A DNA stretch of 64,000 nt. Origin: a virus. Both the position numbers and the translations under genes were made by a program. The stretch lies in IMG/VR virus record IMGVR_UViG_3300045988_170206, positions 32,001-96,000 of that record; one strand, 5' to 3'. The notes beneath the pieces are model-generated. The model saw only the letters and a list, made by a program, of their open reading frames with translations, was not told the origin of the DNA and searched no databases. Position 1 is the first letter of the stretch; the number at the start of each line of letters is the position of its first letter. This document shows, piece by piece, positions 19,144-27,740 of this stretch.

Positions 19144-22100
19144 TCAGTTGTCCGCGTTCTTGCGTCGGCGTGCCAACACGATCAGCGCTGCGGCTGCTGC
19201 GAGGATGCCGCCTGCGGCGCTGGTTGCGAGCACGTGGTGGCGGATCCAGTTGATGACCTGCCCGAAGGTGGAGGCGTTGACATACACGTCGCTGATAGTC
19301 GTCTCGGTGACGTTGCCTGCCATGTCGGTGGCCTTGAGGACAACCGTGTGCGCGCTCGTGGACTGCGGCAGAGTGCCCGTGTAGATCCCATTCTCGTCGG
19401 AGAGGAGCTGCATAGGCTTTCCGTCCACCTGGGCCTCGAGAGTCACGGTGGTCATGTCTCGGGGGGTGACGGTGAAGTCGCGGCTTTCGGAACGGTAGGC
19501 CGCGTCGGTTCGGATGCCGGACACCTGGAGCTCAGGGTTCGTGGAGTCCACGACGAAGGAGTAGCTGAGGCGGCTCACCTGGTCGAGGCCTCCCTCAGTC
19601 TGGGAGACAACCTGGATGAGGTAGGTGCCTTCCTTCTGGAATGCTGCCTTGTCGATGTGGTAGGCGTACACGTAGTCCCCGGCGTCTCCGCCCGTGCGGG
19701 TGGTGGACTGGAGCGCGGGGGCGACGGGGTAGGGTGCGCCGTCGAGGGTGACCTTGATGTCGGTCTTGTCCTCGTTGAGGGCTTCGACGGTGGTCTCCTC
19801 GAGGTCAACGTCCACGGGGGCTTGGAGGTAGCGGCCCTGGTAGTTGGTGCCGGTCACGTCCACGTTGGAGCCGTAGCGGTTGAGGATGAACTCGACGCTG
19901 GCGGTCTGGTCGTTGCCTGCGAGGTCGGTGCCCTTGATGGTGAGGGTGTAGAGGTCGTCGTACTTGGCTTCATCGGGGATCTCGGAGAGGTCGAGGTAGC
20001 CGCCGCTGACTGCGGGCTTGAAGACGTTGCCCTTGCGGCCTACGAGGACGGCGGTGACGCTGCTCGTGTCCGCGTTGGTGTCACTGTAGGTCACGCCGAC
20101 GGTGGGGAGCTGGTAGTAGGCGGTGCCCTTCGTGAGGCCACTGATGCTGATTTCCGGCTTCGTGGTATCGACGATGAACTCGCCTTCGGTGACCTCGTTG
20201 CTGGGGTTGCCTGCCTGGTCGGTGGTGCGGAACCCGAAGGTGTGGACTCCCTCGGGGAATGTCACGGTCGCCGTGTGCGTGGATCCGACGCTGCTCCAAC
20301 CACTGATGCTGCCGGTGCCGGTGAGCTGGTTGAGGGCGGGGTCGAAGTGCTCTTCGACGACGGTGATAGTGGCAGTACGTACTTGGTTGTAGTACTTGCC
20401 GTTGCGCACGTCGGTGGTGTTCCAGGCGACGGAGACGACGGGGGCTACCTTGTCTACGGTGAAGCGGCCCGATGTGAAGGTGTTGGACTGGTGGCCCACC
20501 ATGTCCGCTGCGGACAGGGTGAAGTCGTAGTCCGTGTTGTCGGAGAACGTGATGGTGTTCGTCCAGGTGTCGCCGGAGTGGACCCATGTGCCCCACGTGC
20601 CGACGAGGCCGGTGGTGGTGAGGCTACCGGGGTCGAAGTTGTTGTCGCGGACGGTAACCGTGGCGTGGCGGTCGGTGTTGTAGAAGCCGGACTGGTTGGT
20701 CTGGTCGAACGTGACCGTGAGCTCGGGGGCGGTTGCGTCCACGCTGATGGTGCGGCGCGTTTCGGCCTCGTAGCCAGCATTGTCGGCGACGTGGATCCAC
20801 ACATCCTGAGCGGGGTATTCACCGGCGAGCGTCAGGGGGACGGATACGCCGGTGACGAGGTTCTTGTCGGTGGCGGTCACCTGGACTGCGGGGTTATCGA
20901 CCTGGCCGTCGGGGGAGACGGTTGCAGTACCCAGGGTTGTGTCACCGTATCCCCAGGTGAGGGTACGGATGCCAGAGTGTGTGGCGACGGCGGTGAGAGT
21001 GCCGGATGCGGAGTCCTTGTAGAGGGGCACGCCAGCGCTGTTGGTCGCTGCTGGGGCTCCGAGTTCGACGCTCAGGTCGGTGCTGGTGATCGTCGTGTTC
21101 GAGTCCTCGGACACGAGGCCGTCGGGGCGCTGGCTGTCGCTGATGTTGCCCACCTTGTCGGTGGCGGTAGCGGACACGAAGCCCTTGAAGCCGCTGGGGA
21201 TGTCGAACTCGGCCACGCCGGAGTTGATGGGGGCCGACTCGGTGCGGATGACGGTGCCGGACGGCGTGTAGAACGTCATGAGAGCGTTACCCATGCCCGA
21301 AGATGGGGCGGGGTCGGAGACCTGAGCCTTGATGCGTGTGGCTCCCTGAACGAACAGGCCGTAGCGGTCGGAACCGTTGATGGTCTTGCCCGGCGCGTAG
21401 GACGGGTTCACGACGACGAAGTTCGTGATCGTCGGTGCCTGGTCGTCCACGTAGAACGTGTAGTTGCGGGCACTGACGTTACCTGCGAGGTCAGTCATGG
21501 TGATGGTGACCTGGTAGGAACCATCCTCCGCGCGTGCGGCTTTCGCGTAGTCCACGTCGAGGGTTCCAGTAGTAGCGGCTTCACCGGCCTTGTCGCTGGG
21601 GTTGACGGTGGCGACTTGGGTGCCGTTGACGGTGGCTGTCATGGTGGCGATGCCATTGTCGTCGTGGGCGGTGAAGCTGTTGATCGCCCCGCTGGTTGAT
21701 GAGAACCATGTCCCATCCGTGGCAGTGATGTCGGTGGTCATCGTGGGGGCCTGAGTGTCCACGGCTGCGTGCTTGGATGGCCAGCCGAGTGCGGTTGCGA
21801 CGTGGAGTGTCTGGGAGCGGCCCAGCGGGTCGGTGACGGTGACGGTGGGGTCGTTGACGCTGCCGGTGATGGTGGCAACGCCGTCGGGGGAGACGGTCAT
21901 GCCACTGCTGGGGTCGTTGTAGGTCTGCGCGAGGCCACCGCCGCCCTGTGGGGTGAGCTGCACCTGGATGGGGGTGCGGGAGAACACGCCGTAGGGGGTG
22001 ACGTTCATGTCGCCGGGGTTGCGGACAGTGGCGTTGATGGTGGCCTGGCTGGTGGATGTGGAGATCGTGCCGGTCCAGGAGGTGCGGTGGAGGCCGCGGT

Positions 22101-23535
22101 CTGCGCCGTAGAAGTCGATCTGGTGGCGCGTGCCGTCGGTGAACTCGGACGCGGGGATCGTGAAGGTGTACTTGTTGTCGGCTTCGCGGGTGGGGGCGAT
22201 GGGGCGACCGTCGAAGATGAGGCTCATGCCGCGCGGGGAGAGGGCCTGGTCGTCGCTGAATGTGAACGTCAGGTCTTCTGTGGGGGCGGAGGTGAGCCAG
22301 TACTGGCCGTCGCCGAGGGTCTTGGCGTTGGTGATCGCGTCGGGGACGGTGAGGGTGGGGATGGTGGAGTCCACGGCTACCACGTCGGTGTCGCCGCCGG
22401 TGAAGGCGCTGAGACCGACCTCGTTGGTGAGGCCTGCTTCGTCCATGGTCTGTACCTTGTAGGTGCCTGCTTCGGTGATCGTGAATGTGAAGTTGCCGCC
22501 CTGGCGCTTGAGGGTGGTGACAACTTCGCCGTCCTTGACGAGCTCCACGGAGTACACGCCCGATGGGCTGTCGGTGGCGGTGCCGCTGATGGTGACGTTG
22601 CCGGAGGTGGCGTAGTCGCCGTATGCGTTGACCTGGCCTCCGGTTGCGCGGAGGTTGGAGAACTGCGGGCCTTCGTCGTCGTAGGGGACGTTGATGGACT
22701 GGCTGGCGGTGCGGCCAAACTCGTCGGTGATGCGCAGTGTGGCCTTGCTGGGCTTGCCAGTCAGGTTGATGGTGGCGGTGGTGCCGCTGACGCTCACCGA
22801 GTAGCCCTCATCGGTCGTTGCGGACACGATCTGCGTGTCGGAGCTGATCGTTGCCGTGAGGGCGGGGATGGTTGTGTAGAAGCCCCATGCGGGGCCGGTG
22901 GCCGGGTCGAGCATCATGGCTGTGATCGACGGTTCGCCGACGGTGGTGTGTGCGCCGAGCGTGAAGGTCGTGTTGTCCCACGTGACGGTGGGGGTACCGG
23001 ACGCGGGGACGCGACTGGTGCCGACAGTGTAGGAGCCGTCCGCGAGCGCGAGCGCGCCGGAGTCCGTGGGGATGACTCCGGTCATGGTGATGGGTGTTGC
23101 TCCGGTGTTGGTGGCGAGGATGCCCGCAGCGTACACGCCCTTGTCGGTGTGGACGATGTAGACGATGCGTGTGGGGGCTGTGATGTCGGTGGGGAGCTGG
23201 TTCACGCCCGCTGTCCCCTGGCCTGCTGCGGTGAGCGCGCCGGAAGCGTCGTAGCGGCGCATTTCGACGCTGGTGATCGTTGCGCCGGATTGTGGGGCGA
23301 TGGTGGCGGTGCCCCGCCACTTGCGAACCTGCGAGTAGTTGCCGAGGTCGAAGTCAACGGACGCTGTAGGGGCGGGCGCTGCGGTGACGGCTGCGGGTGC
23401 GACGGTGGCGGCGGGCTGGGTGGTGCCGAAAGCGTTGGTGGCGAGCGCTGCGGGTGCGACGGTGGTGGTGGCTGTGGCGAATGCCAGGAGGGCAGCGATG
23501 CGCACTGTCGTCTTGGTCGTCTTCCGGGGAGTCAT
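19144..23535 (-). CDS. Giant surface adhesin (1463 aa) built of tandem Ig-like modules
   Basis: Signal peptide. At least 8 modules of about 90-110 aa, each ending in a (T/A)Dx(A/V)GNx(S/T) motif (TDLAGNVS, TDKVGNIS, TDQAGNPS, TDMAGNVT...). C-terminal TM followed by RRRKNADN. Confidence 0.8.
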   Translation of the reverse strand: MTPRKTTKTTVRIAALLAFATATTTVAPAALATNAFGTTQPAATVAPAAVTAAPAPTASVDFDLGNYSQVRKWRGTATIAPQSGATITSVEMRRYDASGALTAAGQGTAGVNQLPTDITAPTRIVYIVHTDKGVYAAGILATNTGATPITMTGVIPTDSGALALADGSYTVGTSRVPASGTPTVTWDNTTFTLGAHTTVGEPSITAMMLDPATGPAWGFYTTIPALTATISSDTQIVSATTDEGYSVSVSGTTATINLTGKPSKATLRITDEFGRTASQSINVPYDDEGPQFSNLRATGGQVNAYGDYATSGNVTISGTATDSPSGVYSVELVKDGEVVTTLKRQGGNFTFTITEAGTYKVQTMDEAGLTNEVGLSAFTGGDTDVVAVDSTIPTLTVPDAITNAKTLGDGQYWLTSAPTEDLTFTFSDDQALSPRGMSLIFDGRPIAPTREADNKYTFTIPASEFTDGTRHQIDFYGADRGLHRTSWTGTISTSTSQATINATVRNPGDMNVTPYGVFSRTPIQVQLTPQGGGGLAQTYNDPSSGMTVSPDGVATITGSVNDPTVTVTDPLGRSQTLHVATALGWPSKHAAVDTQAPTMTTDITATDGTWFSSTSGAINSFTAHDDNGIATMTATVNGTQVATVNPSDKAGEAATTGTLDVDYAKAARAEDGSYQVTITMTDLAGNVSARNYTFYVDDQAPTITNFVVVNPSYAPGKTINGSDRYGLFVQGATRIKAQVSDPAPSSGMGNALMTFYTPSGTVIRTESAPINSGVAEFDIPSGFKGFVSATATDKVGNISDSQRPDGLVSEDSNTTITSTDLSVELGAPAATNSAGVPLYKDSASGTLTAVATHSGIRTLTWGYGDTTLGTATVSPDGQVDNPAVQVTATDKNLVTGVSVPLTLAGEYPAQDVWIHVADNAGYEAETRRTISVDATAPELTVTFDQTNQSGFYNTDRHATVTVRDNNFDPGSLTTTGLVGTWGTWVHSGDTWTNTITFSDNTDYDFTLSAADMVGHQSNTFTSGRFTVDKVAPVVSVAWNTTDVRNGKYYNQVRTATITVVEEHFDPALNQLTGTGSISGWSSVGSTHTATVTFPEGVHTFGFRTTDQAGNPSNEVTEGEFIVDTTKPEISISGLTKGTAYYQLPTVGVTYSDTNADTSSVTAVLVGRKGNVFKPAVSGGYLDLSEIPDEAKYDDLYTLTIKGTDLAGNDQTASVEFILNRYGSNVDVTGTNYQGRYLQAPVDVDLEETTVEALNEDKTDIKVTLDGAPYPVAPALQSTTRTGGDAGDYVYAYHIDKAAFQKEGTYLIQVVSQTEGGLDQVSRLSYSFVVDSTNPELQVSGIRTDAAYRSESRDFTVTPRDMTTVTLEAQVDGKPMQLLSDENGIYTGTLPQSTSAHTVVLKATDMAGNVTETTISDVYVNASTFGQVINWIRHHVLATSAAGGILAAAAALIVLARRRKNADN

Positions 23536-23560
23536 TCTTGAACCTTTCCGATGATGGGGT

Positions 23561-24211
23561 TTATTGCCAACTATGGGCTTCTGCTACCAAGGTTACGCGA
23601 CTGAGCGGGTCGGTTGGCTGCGCGGATGGTTGTGGCGCAAGGTTTGCGGCAGGAATCTCGGTGTCCTCGAAGAAGGCAGTGTCTGCTTCTTCGGTGGTTT
23701 CCGTGCTTGCGTCTGAGAAGAACGTGGTGTCGTCGTCTTCTCCGACGTTAGCGGAGCGCTCGAGCGGTGCCGGTGCGGGTGGCTGTGTGGTTCGCGTGGG
23801 GGTGTCTGCGACCTGTAGGGGTGCAGGCTGAGCTGGCGCAGGCTTGGGGGCGGCAATGGGCGCAGGGGCGACTGTGGTGGGCTGTGGTGGGGTTGGGGTG
23901 AGGTCGCCGGAGAGCACGCCGCTTGTGTCGTCGGCGAGTGTACCGCTATCGAACGAGTCACTGTTCGTCGCGTCGTTCAGGGGCGAGTGTTCACCGAGAG
24001 ATAGGGCGGACATCTTGCGGTACGCTTCGACGGCTCCGTCGCTACTCAGTGTCGAGGTGAGGGTTTCAACGGTGTCGGTGAACGCCTGTCCCTTGAGTTC
24101 CCTGCGTGCTGCTGGGATGTCCCATTGGAAGAACAGGATGAGAGCGGTGAAGAACAGGATGAGGGCTGCGACTGCGAGGCCGATTGCCGTTGCGGTGAAT
24201 ACGGTCATCAC
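23561..24211 (-). CDS. N-terminally anchored protein with a Pro-rich, acidic cytoplasmic tail
   Basis: TM IGLAVAALILFFTALILFF. ATGA overlap with the kinase stop. Confidence 0.7.
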   Translation of the reverse strand: MMTVFTATAIGLAVAALILFFTALILFFQWDIPAARRELKGQAFTDTVETLTSTLSSDGAVEAYRKMSALSLGEHSPLNDATNSDSFDSGTLADDTSGVLSGDLTPTPPQPTTVAPAPIAAPKPAPAQPAPLQVADTPTRTTQPPAPAPLERSANVGEDDDTTFFSDASTETTEEADTAFFEDTEIPAANLAPQPSAQPTDPLSRVTLVAEAHSWQ

Positions 24212-25920
24212 TTGGTGGCTCCTTCGGCTGCGTACACAGCATCGACGAGGGTGCGGGACTGGTCGAGCTTCGTGGAGAGCTGGGCTGACAGTTCAGCCGG
24301 TCTTCCTGGTGTCGGGTTGGGGTGCTGCGTGAGGTAGTCTTTCGCGCGCTCGAGCTGCGCGTCAACGTCGGCTTTGGGCACGCCGTCGGTTCGGAGCCTG
24401 TATGTGTAGTTGTTGATGCAGTCCACGATGTAGTTGAGGAGCTGCAACTGTACGACCTCGCCGGAGTTGTCGGTGTTGAGGCTGGTGAGGTTGTTCCAGT
24501 AGGCCCGGTACATGCCGGTGTCGCTGCTGGTTTGGATCGCGGATGCGATGTCGCGGTTGAACGAGCCCATGTTGTAGAGGGCGCTCGCCTGTTCGACGTT
24601 GTAGTTGCCGCTGATCGCGTCCTTGAACCATGGGGCGGATAGGGCGAGGCCGTCGGCGTTTGCGTCGCTGGTGTAGAAAAACCAGTAGAGTTCACCGATC
24701 TGGTAAGCGAGCTCAGGGTAGCGCGGGTTGTCCTGAATGTCCTTAATGTGTTCGCGGACGAGGGGGATGAAGGCAGCTTCCTCAGCGGAGGTGAACCTGC
24801 CGTCTCCCTGCTTGATGGCGGTAATCGTGTCGAAGTATGAGTCGATGTTGGAGGGGCGCGCGTTGATGACTGGCTCCCACGCTTCGACGGTGCCGGCTTT
24901 TTGGGCAGCGCTGGTTAGTGCTGCGTAGGAGTTCGCGTCGGCGTTGGCCCCGTAGGTGTAAGTGCCCGCTGACGCTATTGACATGACGAGGGCTGCTGCT
25001 GCGAGCGCGCCGACGGTGCGGATGCGCCTGCGGTGCTTGGCTCGGTGACGACTATCGGCGGTCTTGTAGGTGTTGAGCGCAGCGATAACTTCGACCATGG
25101 ACGAGTAGCGGTCATCTGGGCGCAGGGCGACACATTTGGCGATCACGTCGGAGAGGGCGCGGCTAACTTCGGGGTTGGCTGCGTGCGCGTCCACGGGGCC
25201 TGTGGGGATGCCCCTGCGGTCGGACGCGGGAAGGTCGCCGACGAGGAGCTGGTACATCGTCATACCGAGGCTGTAGATGTCGCTTCGGATGTCGAGCGGC
25301 GCGCCCTTGGTGATCTGCTCGGGGGGCGCATATCCCTTGGTGCCGAGGGCGTGGGTGTTGATCTGATTGTCAGGGGTGATGACTTCGGCCAGGCCGTAGT
25401 CCATGAGCACCATGGAACCGTTCTGGTACATGATGTTCTTCGGCTTGATGTCGCGGTGGACGACAGGGCCGGGGTGAATATGTGGCGGGAGGGTGTGGAG
25501 GTACTGGAGGATGGTGGCGACCTGCACCATCTTGGAGACAACGAACTGCTCACTGAACCGGCCTTTGTCGGTGCGCTTGGCCGCATCAGCGAGGTCGTAG
25601 CCGCCGATGTAGTCCATGAGGACGGAGTACTTGCCACCCGGCTTGTCGGTACGATCTCGCACGTCGAGGATGCGAGGAATACCGGGGTGGGTGAGGGGCT
25701 GCATGAGGCGCGTTTCGCGCTTGAGGCTATCAACGGCGATTTTGCCGCGGCCTTTAGGGTCGGGGACGGGAGCTGCAACCTCTTTGAGGACGACGAGCTT
25801 ACCGTTCTTAGCGTCGGAAACTCCGTACACCTGGCTAAAAGTGCCGTTGTGGAGTACGGAGCTGATGACGTAGCGGTCCCCCTTGCCGAAGGTTGAGCCC
25901 TTTTTGCGCAGGTTCGTCAT
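24208..25920 (-). CDS. Hanks-type Ser/Thr protein kinase with one TM and an extracytoplasmic domain of about 250 aa that is not PASTA
   Basis: VVLKEV (Lys), HRDIKPKN, DYG, GTKGYAPPE. TM VGALAAAALVMSIASAG. Start MTNLRKKG overlaps the PP2C stop (ATGA). The track ORF extension to 26073 is rejected. Confidence 0.9.
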   Translation of the reverse strand: MTNLRKKGSTFGKGDRYVISSVLHNGTFSQVYGVSDAKNGKLVVLKEVAAPVPDPKGRGKIAVDSLKRETRLMQPLTHPGIPRILDVRDRTDKPGGKYSVLMDYIGGYDLADAAKRTDKGRFSEQFVVSKMVQVATILQYLHTLPPHIHPGPVVHRDIKPKNIMYQNGSMVLMDYGLAEVITPDNQINTHALGTKGYAPPEQITKGAPLDIRSDIYSLGMTMYQLLVGDLPASDRRGIPTGPVDAHAANPEVSRALSDVIAKCVALRPDDRYSSMVEVIAALNTYKTADSRHRAKHRRRIRTVGALAAAALVMSIASAGTYTYGANADANSYAALTSAAQKAGTVEAWEPVINARPSNIDSYFDTITAIKQGDGRFTSAEEAAFIPLVREHIKDIQDNPRYPELAYQIGELYWFFYTSDANADGLALSAPWFKDAISGNYNVEQASALYNMGSFNRDIASAIQTSSDTGMYRAYWNNLTSLNTDNSGEVVQLQLLNYIVDCINNYTYRLRTDGVPKADVDAQLERAKDYLTQHPNPTPGRPAELSAQLSTKLDQSRTLVDAVYAAEGATK

Positions 25921-26618
25921 GCTAGTCCTTCCGTTGAGGCGAGTAAAGCGGTGATGTTGTCCTGTTCTCCCGCTGTTTGTGCGCGCGTAGCGAGGTCGTT
26001 GAGGCCTGCTTCTGTGAGAGCGTCGAGCTTGTTGCCGACGGCCTCGTAAGCGTGCCAAAACCCGTCTGAGCATAGGAGGAATGTGTCGCCACTCTGGTAG
26101 GTGCCGGTGTAGATGTCAGGGGTGTGACCGTCGGCTTTGGGCTTTCCGAGTGCGCGGGTGATGCGGCTGGCGTAGGTGCGGGCGATGTCGGGGGTGATGG
26201 TGACTCCGCGGCGCTTGAAGGCGTTGAGGGCTGAGTGGTCCTCGGTGAGCTGTGTGCCCTCGAGGGTGCCTGCTGGGATCTTGTAGGCGCGGGAGTCGCC
26301 GATTTGGAGGATCCAGTACTGGCCGTCGTAGAGGCGTAGGAGGGTGAGAGTTGTACCTCCTCCCGTGTCGGTGACCTTCTGGTGGGCGGTGGTGACGGCT
26401 TCGATGAGGGTGTCGTCAGTGATGTCTCCGGCCTTGATTGCGTCCATGTAGGTGCGGGCGGCGCTTTGGGAGGCTTGTGCGCCGTTGGCGACTCCGCCCA
26501 TGCCGTCGGCGATGAGTGCGAGGATGCCGGTCTTGCCGTCGGCGGTGAAGGTGGCCCAGGCGTAGGTGTCCTGGTTTTCTTTTCGTTGGTTGCGGTGGGT
26601 GATCGTGTGGACGCTCAT
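25917..26618 (-). CDS. PP2C-family Ser/Thr phosphatase
   Basis: RKENQDTYAW, ADGMGG and CSDGFWH motifs. Confidence 0.85.
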   Translation of the reverse strand: MSVHTITHRNQRKENQDTYAWATFTADGKTGILALIADGMGGVANGAQASQSAARTYMDAIKAGDITDDTLIEAVTTAHQKVTDTGGGTTLTLLRLYDGQYWILQIGDSRAYKIPAGTLEGTQLTEDHSALNAFKRRGVTITPDIARTYASRITRALGKPKADGHTPDIYTGTYQSGDTFLLCSDGFWHAYEAVGNKLDALTEAGLNDLATRAQTAGEQDNITALLASTEGLA

Positions 26619-27733
26619 GCCTGCTCCTTGACGACGTTGAAGGCGACGTGGCCGAGGCGTAGGAGTGCGCCGTCGGGGACGATGGTGGGGGTGTGTGGTT
26701 GGAGGCGGTGTGCGCCGATGTGGGTACCGTTCTTGGAGCCCAGGTCGGTGACGATGACTTGGCCGTCCTGCTCGTAGATCTGGGCGTGGCTGCGGCTGAG
26801 GCTGCTGTCGCGGCTGACGCTGATCTCGCTGCGTGTGGAGGAGCGCCCGATGATGACGGGGCGGGTGAGGATCGGCCAGCTTTCCTCTGTGGTGAGGCTG
26901 TGGAGGCTGTAGGTCGTGGCCGTGGGTTCGTCGTCGTCGAAGAAGCCGGTCATGTCGTCTTCGTTGGTTGCGGCGGATGCTACCGGCTTGGGTACGACAG
27001 GCGCAGGGGCGACGGGCGCGGGGGCAGGTGCGGGGCGCACCGGGGTTTCGACAACTGGAGTTGGCGCGGGAGCCGGTGCTAGAGGTGGCGTAACCGGCGC
27101 GGGGGACTGAACGATGGGGGCCGGTGGGGCTGGAGGTTCAGGGAGCGTCGGCGCAGGGAGAGCTGCTTGTGGCTGTGGCGGCTCTGGGGCTACTACCGGC
27201 GGGGCTGGCGGCTGCGGGGTGGACGCACGGTCGAACAGGGACTTGCGTGCGGGTTGTGGGGTCATCATGGCCTCGAGCTCGGCCACCGCTGACTGTTCGA
27301 CGGCTGGGATGCTCTTGTCCTTGACTGATGAGCGTAGGGCTGCTGCGAGAGCGTCGGGAGTGCCGATGGTCGCGAGAGGACCGTTGGCGGGGGCAACGAT
27401 CTGGCTGAGCGTTACGGGCGACAGGTTGGTGGATACGAGGCGAGGTCCGCCGTTTGCGAGCGCCGCCCAGTGTGGTGCGACCTTGGGCATGATGAAGGTC
27501 CACAGGTTGAAGGTGGGGTTGTCCTGCGGCGGTGCGACGGCGACCCAGAAGTCGCCTTGGCCGTTGGTGACGATGCCGGTTGCTGTGCGGTAGTCGCCTC
27601 CTTCACGGATGAAAGCTCGCCACACGTTGATGATGCCGTCGAGGGAGGCTTTCCCGTTGAGGGTTTCGACGGGGGCGAGTCCGAGCTGCTGTGCGTGGGC
27701 TGCGGGGACGGCTGTCATTGGGGTGATGGTCAT
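26615..27733 (-). CDS. FHA-domain protein (N-domain, Pro/Ala-rich linker, C-terminal FHA)
   Basis: IIGRSSTRSEISV..SLSRSHAQIYEQDGQVIVTDLGSKNGTHI. Start MTITPMTAV lies just after the upstream stop. The track extension to 27952 is rejected. Confidence 0.85.
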   Translation of the reverse strand: MTITPMTAVPAAHAQQLGLAPVETLNGKASLDGIINVWRAFIREGGDYRTATGIVTNGQGDFWVAVAPPQDNPTFNLWTFIMPKVAPHWAALANGGPRLVSTNLSPVTLSQIVAPANGPLATIGTPDALAAALRSSVKDKSIPAVEQSAVAELEAMMTPQPARKSLFDRASTPQPPAPPVVAPEPPQPQAALPAPTLPEPPAPPAPIVQSPAPVTPPLAPAPAPTPVVETPVRPAPAPAPVAPAPVVPKPVASAATNEDDMTGFFDDDEPTATTYSLHSLTTEESWPILTRPVIIGRSSTRSEISVSRDSSLSRSHAQIYEQDGQVIVTDLGSKNGTHIGAHRLQPHTPTIVPDGALLRLGHVAFNVVKEQA

Positions 27734-27740
27734 TGTCTGC

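Noticed and set aside
25921-26073. N-terminal extensions of track ORFs (kinase to 26073, FHA protein to 27952, 32602 gene to 33687, regulator to 35880, 12945 gene to 14129, 1085 gene to 5971, 44077-44214, 53876-54550, 50811-51053, 46358-46477, 47833-47955)
   Set aside because: The extensions are Arg/Pro-rich, overlap the upstream gene by 100-250 nt and lack an RBS. Internal ATG/GTG starts give ATGA/GTGA coupling or sit behind good Shine-Dalgarno sequences.
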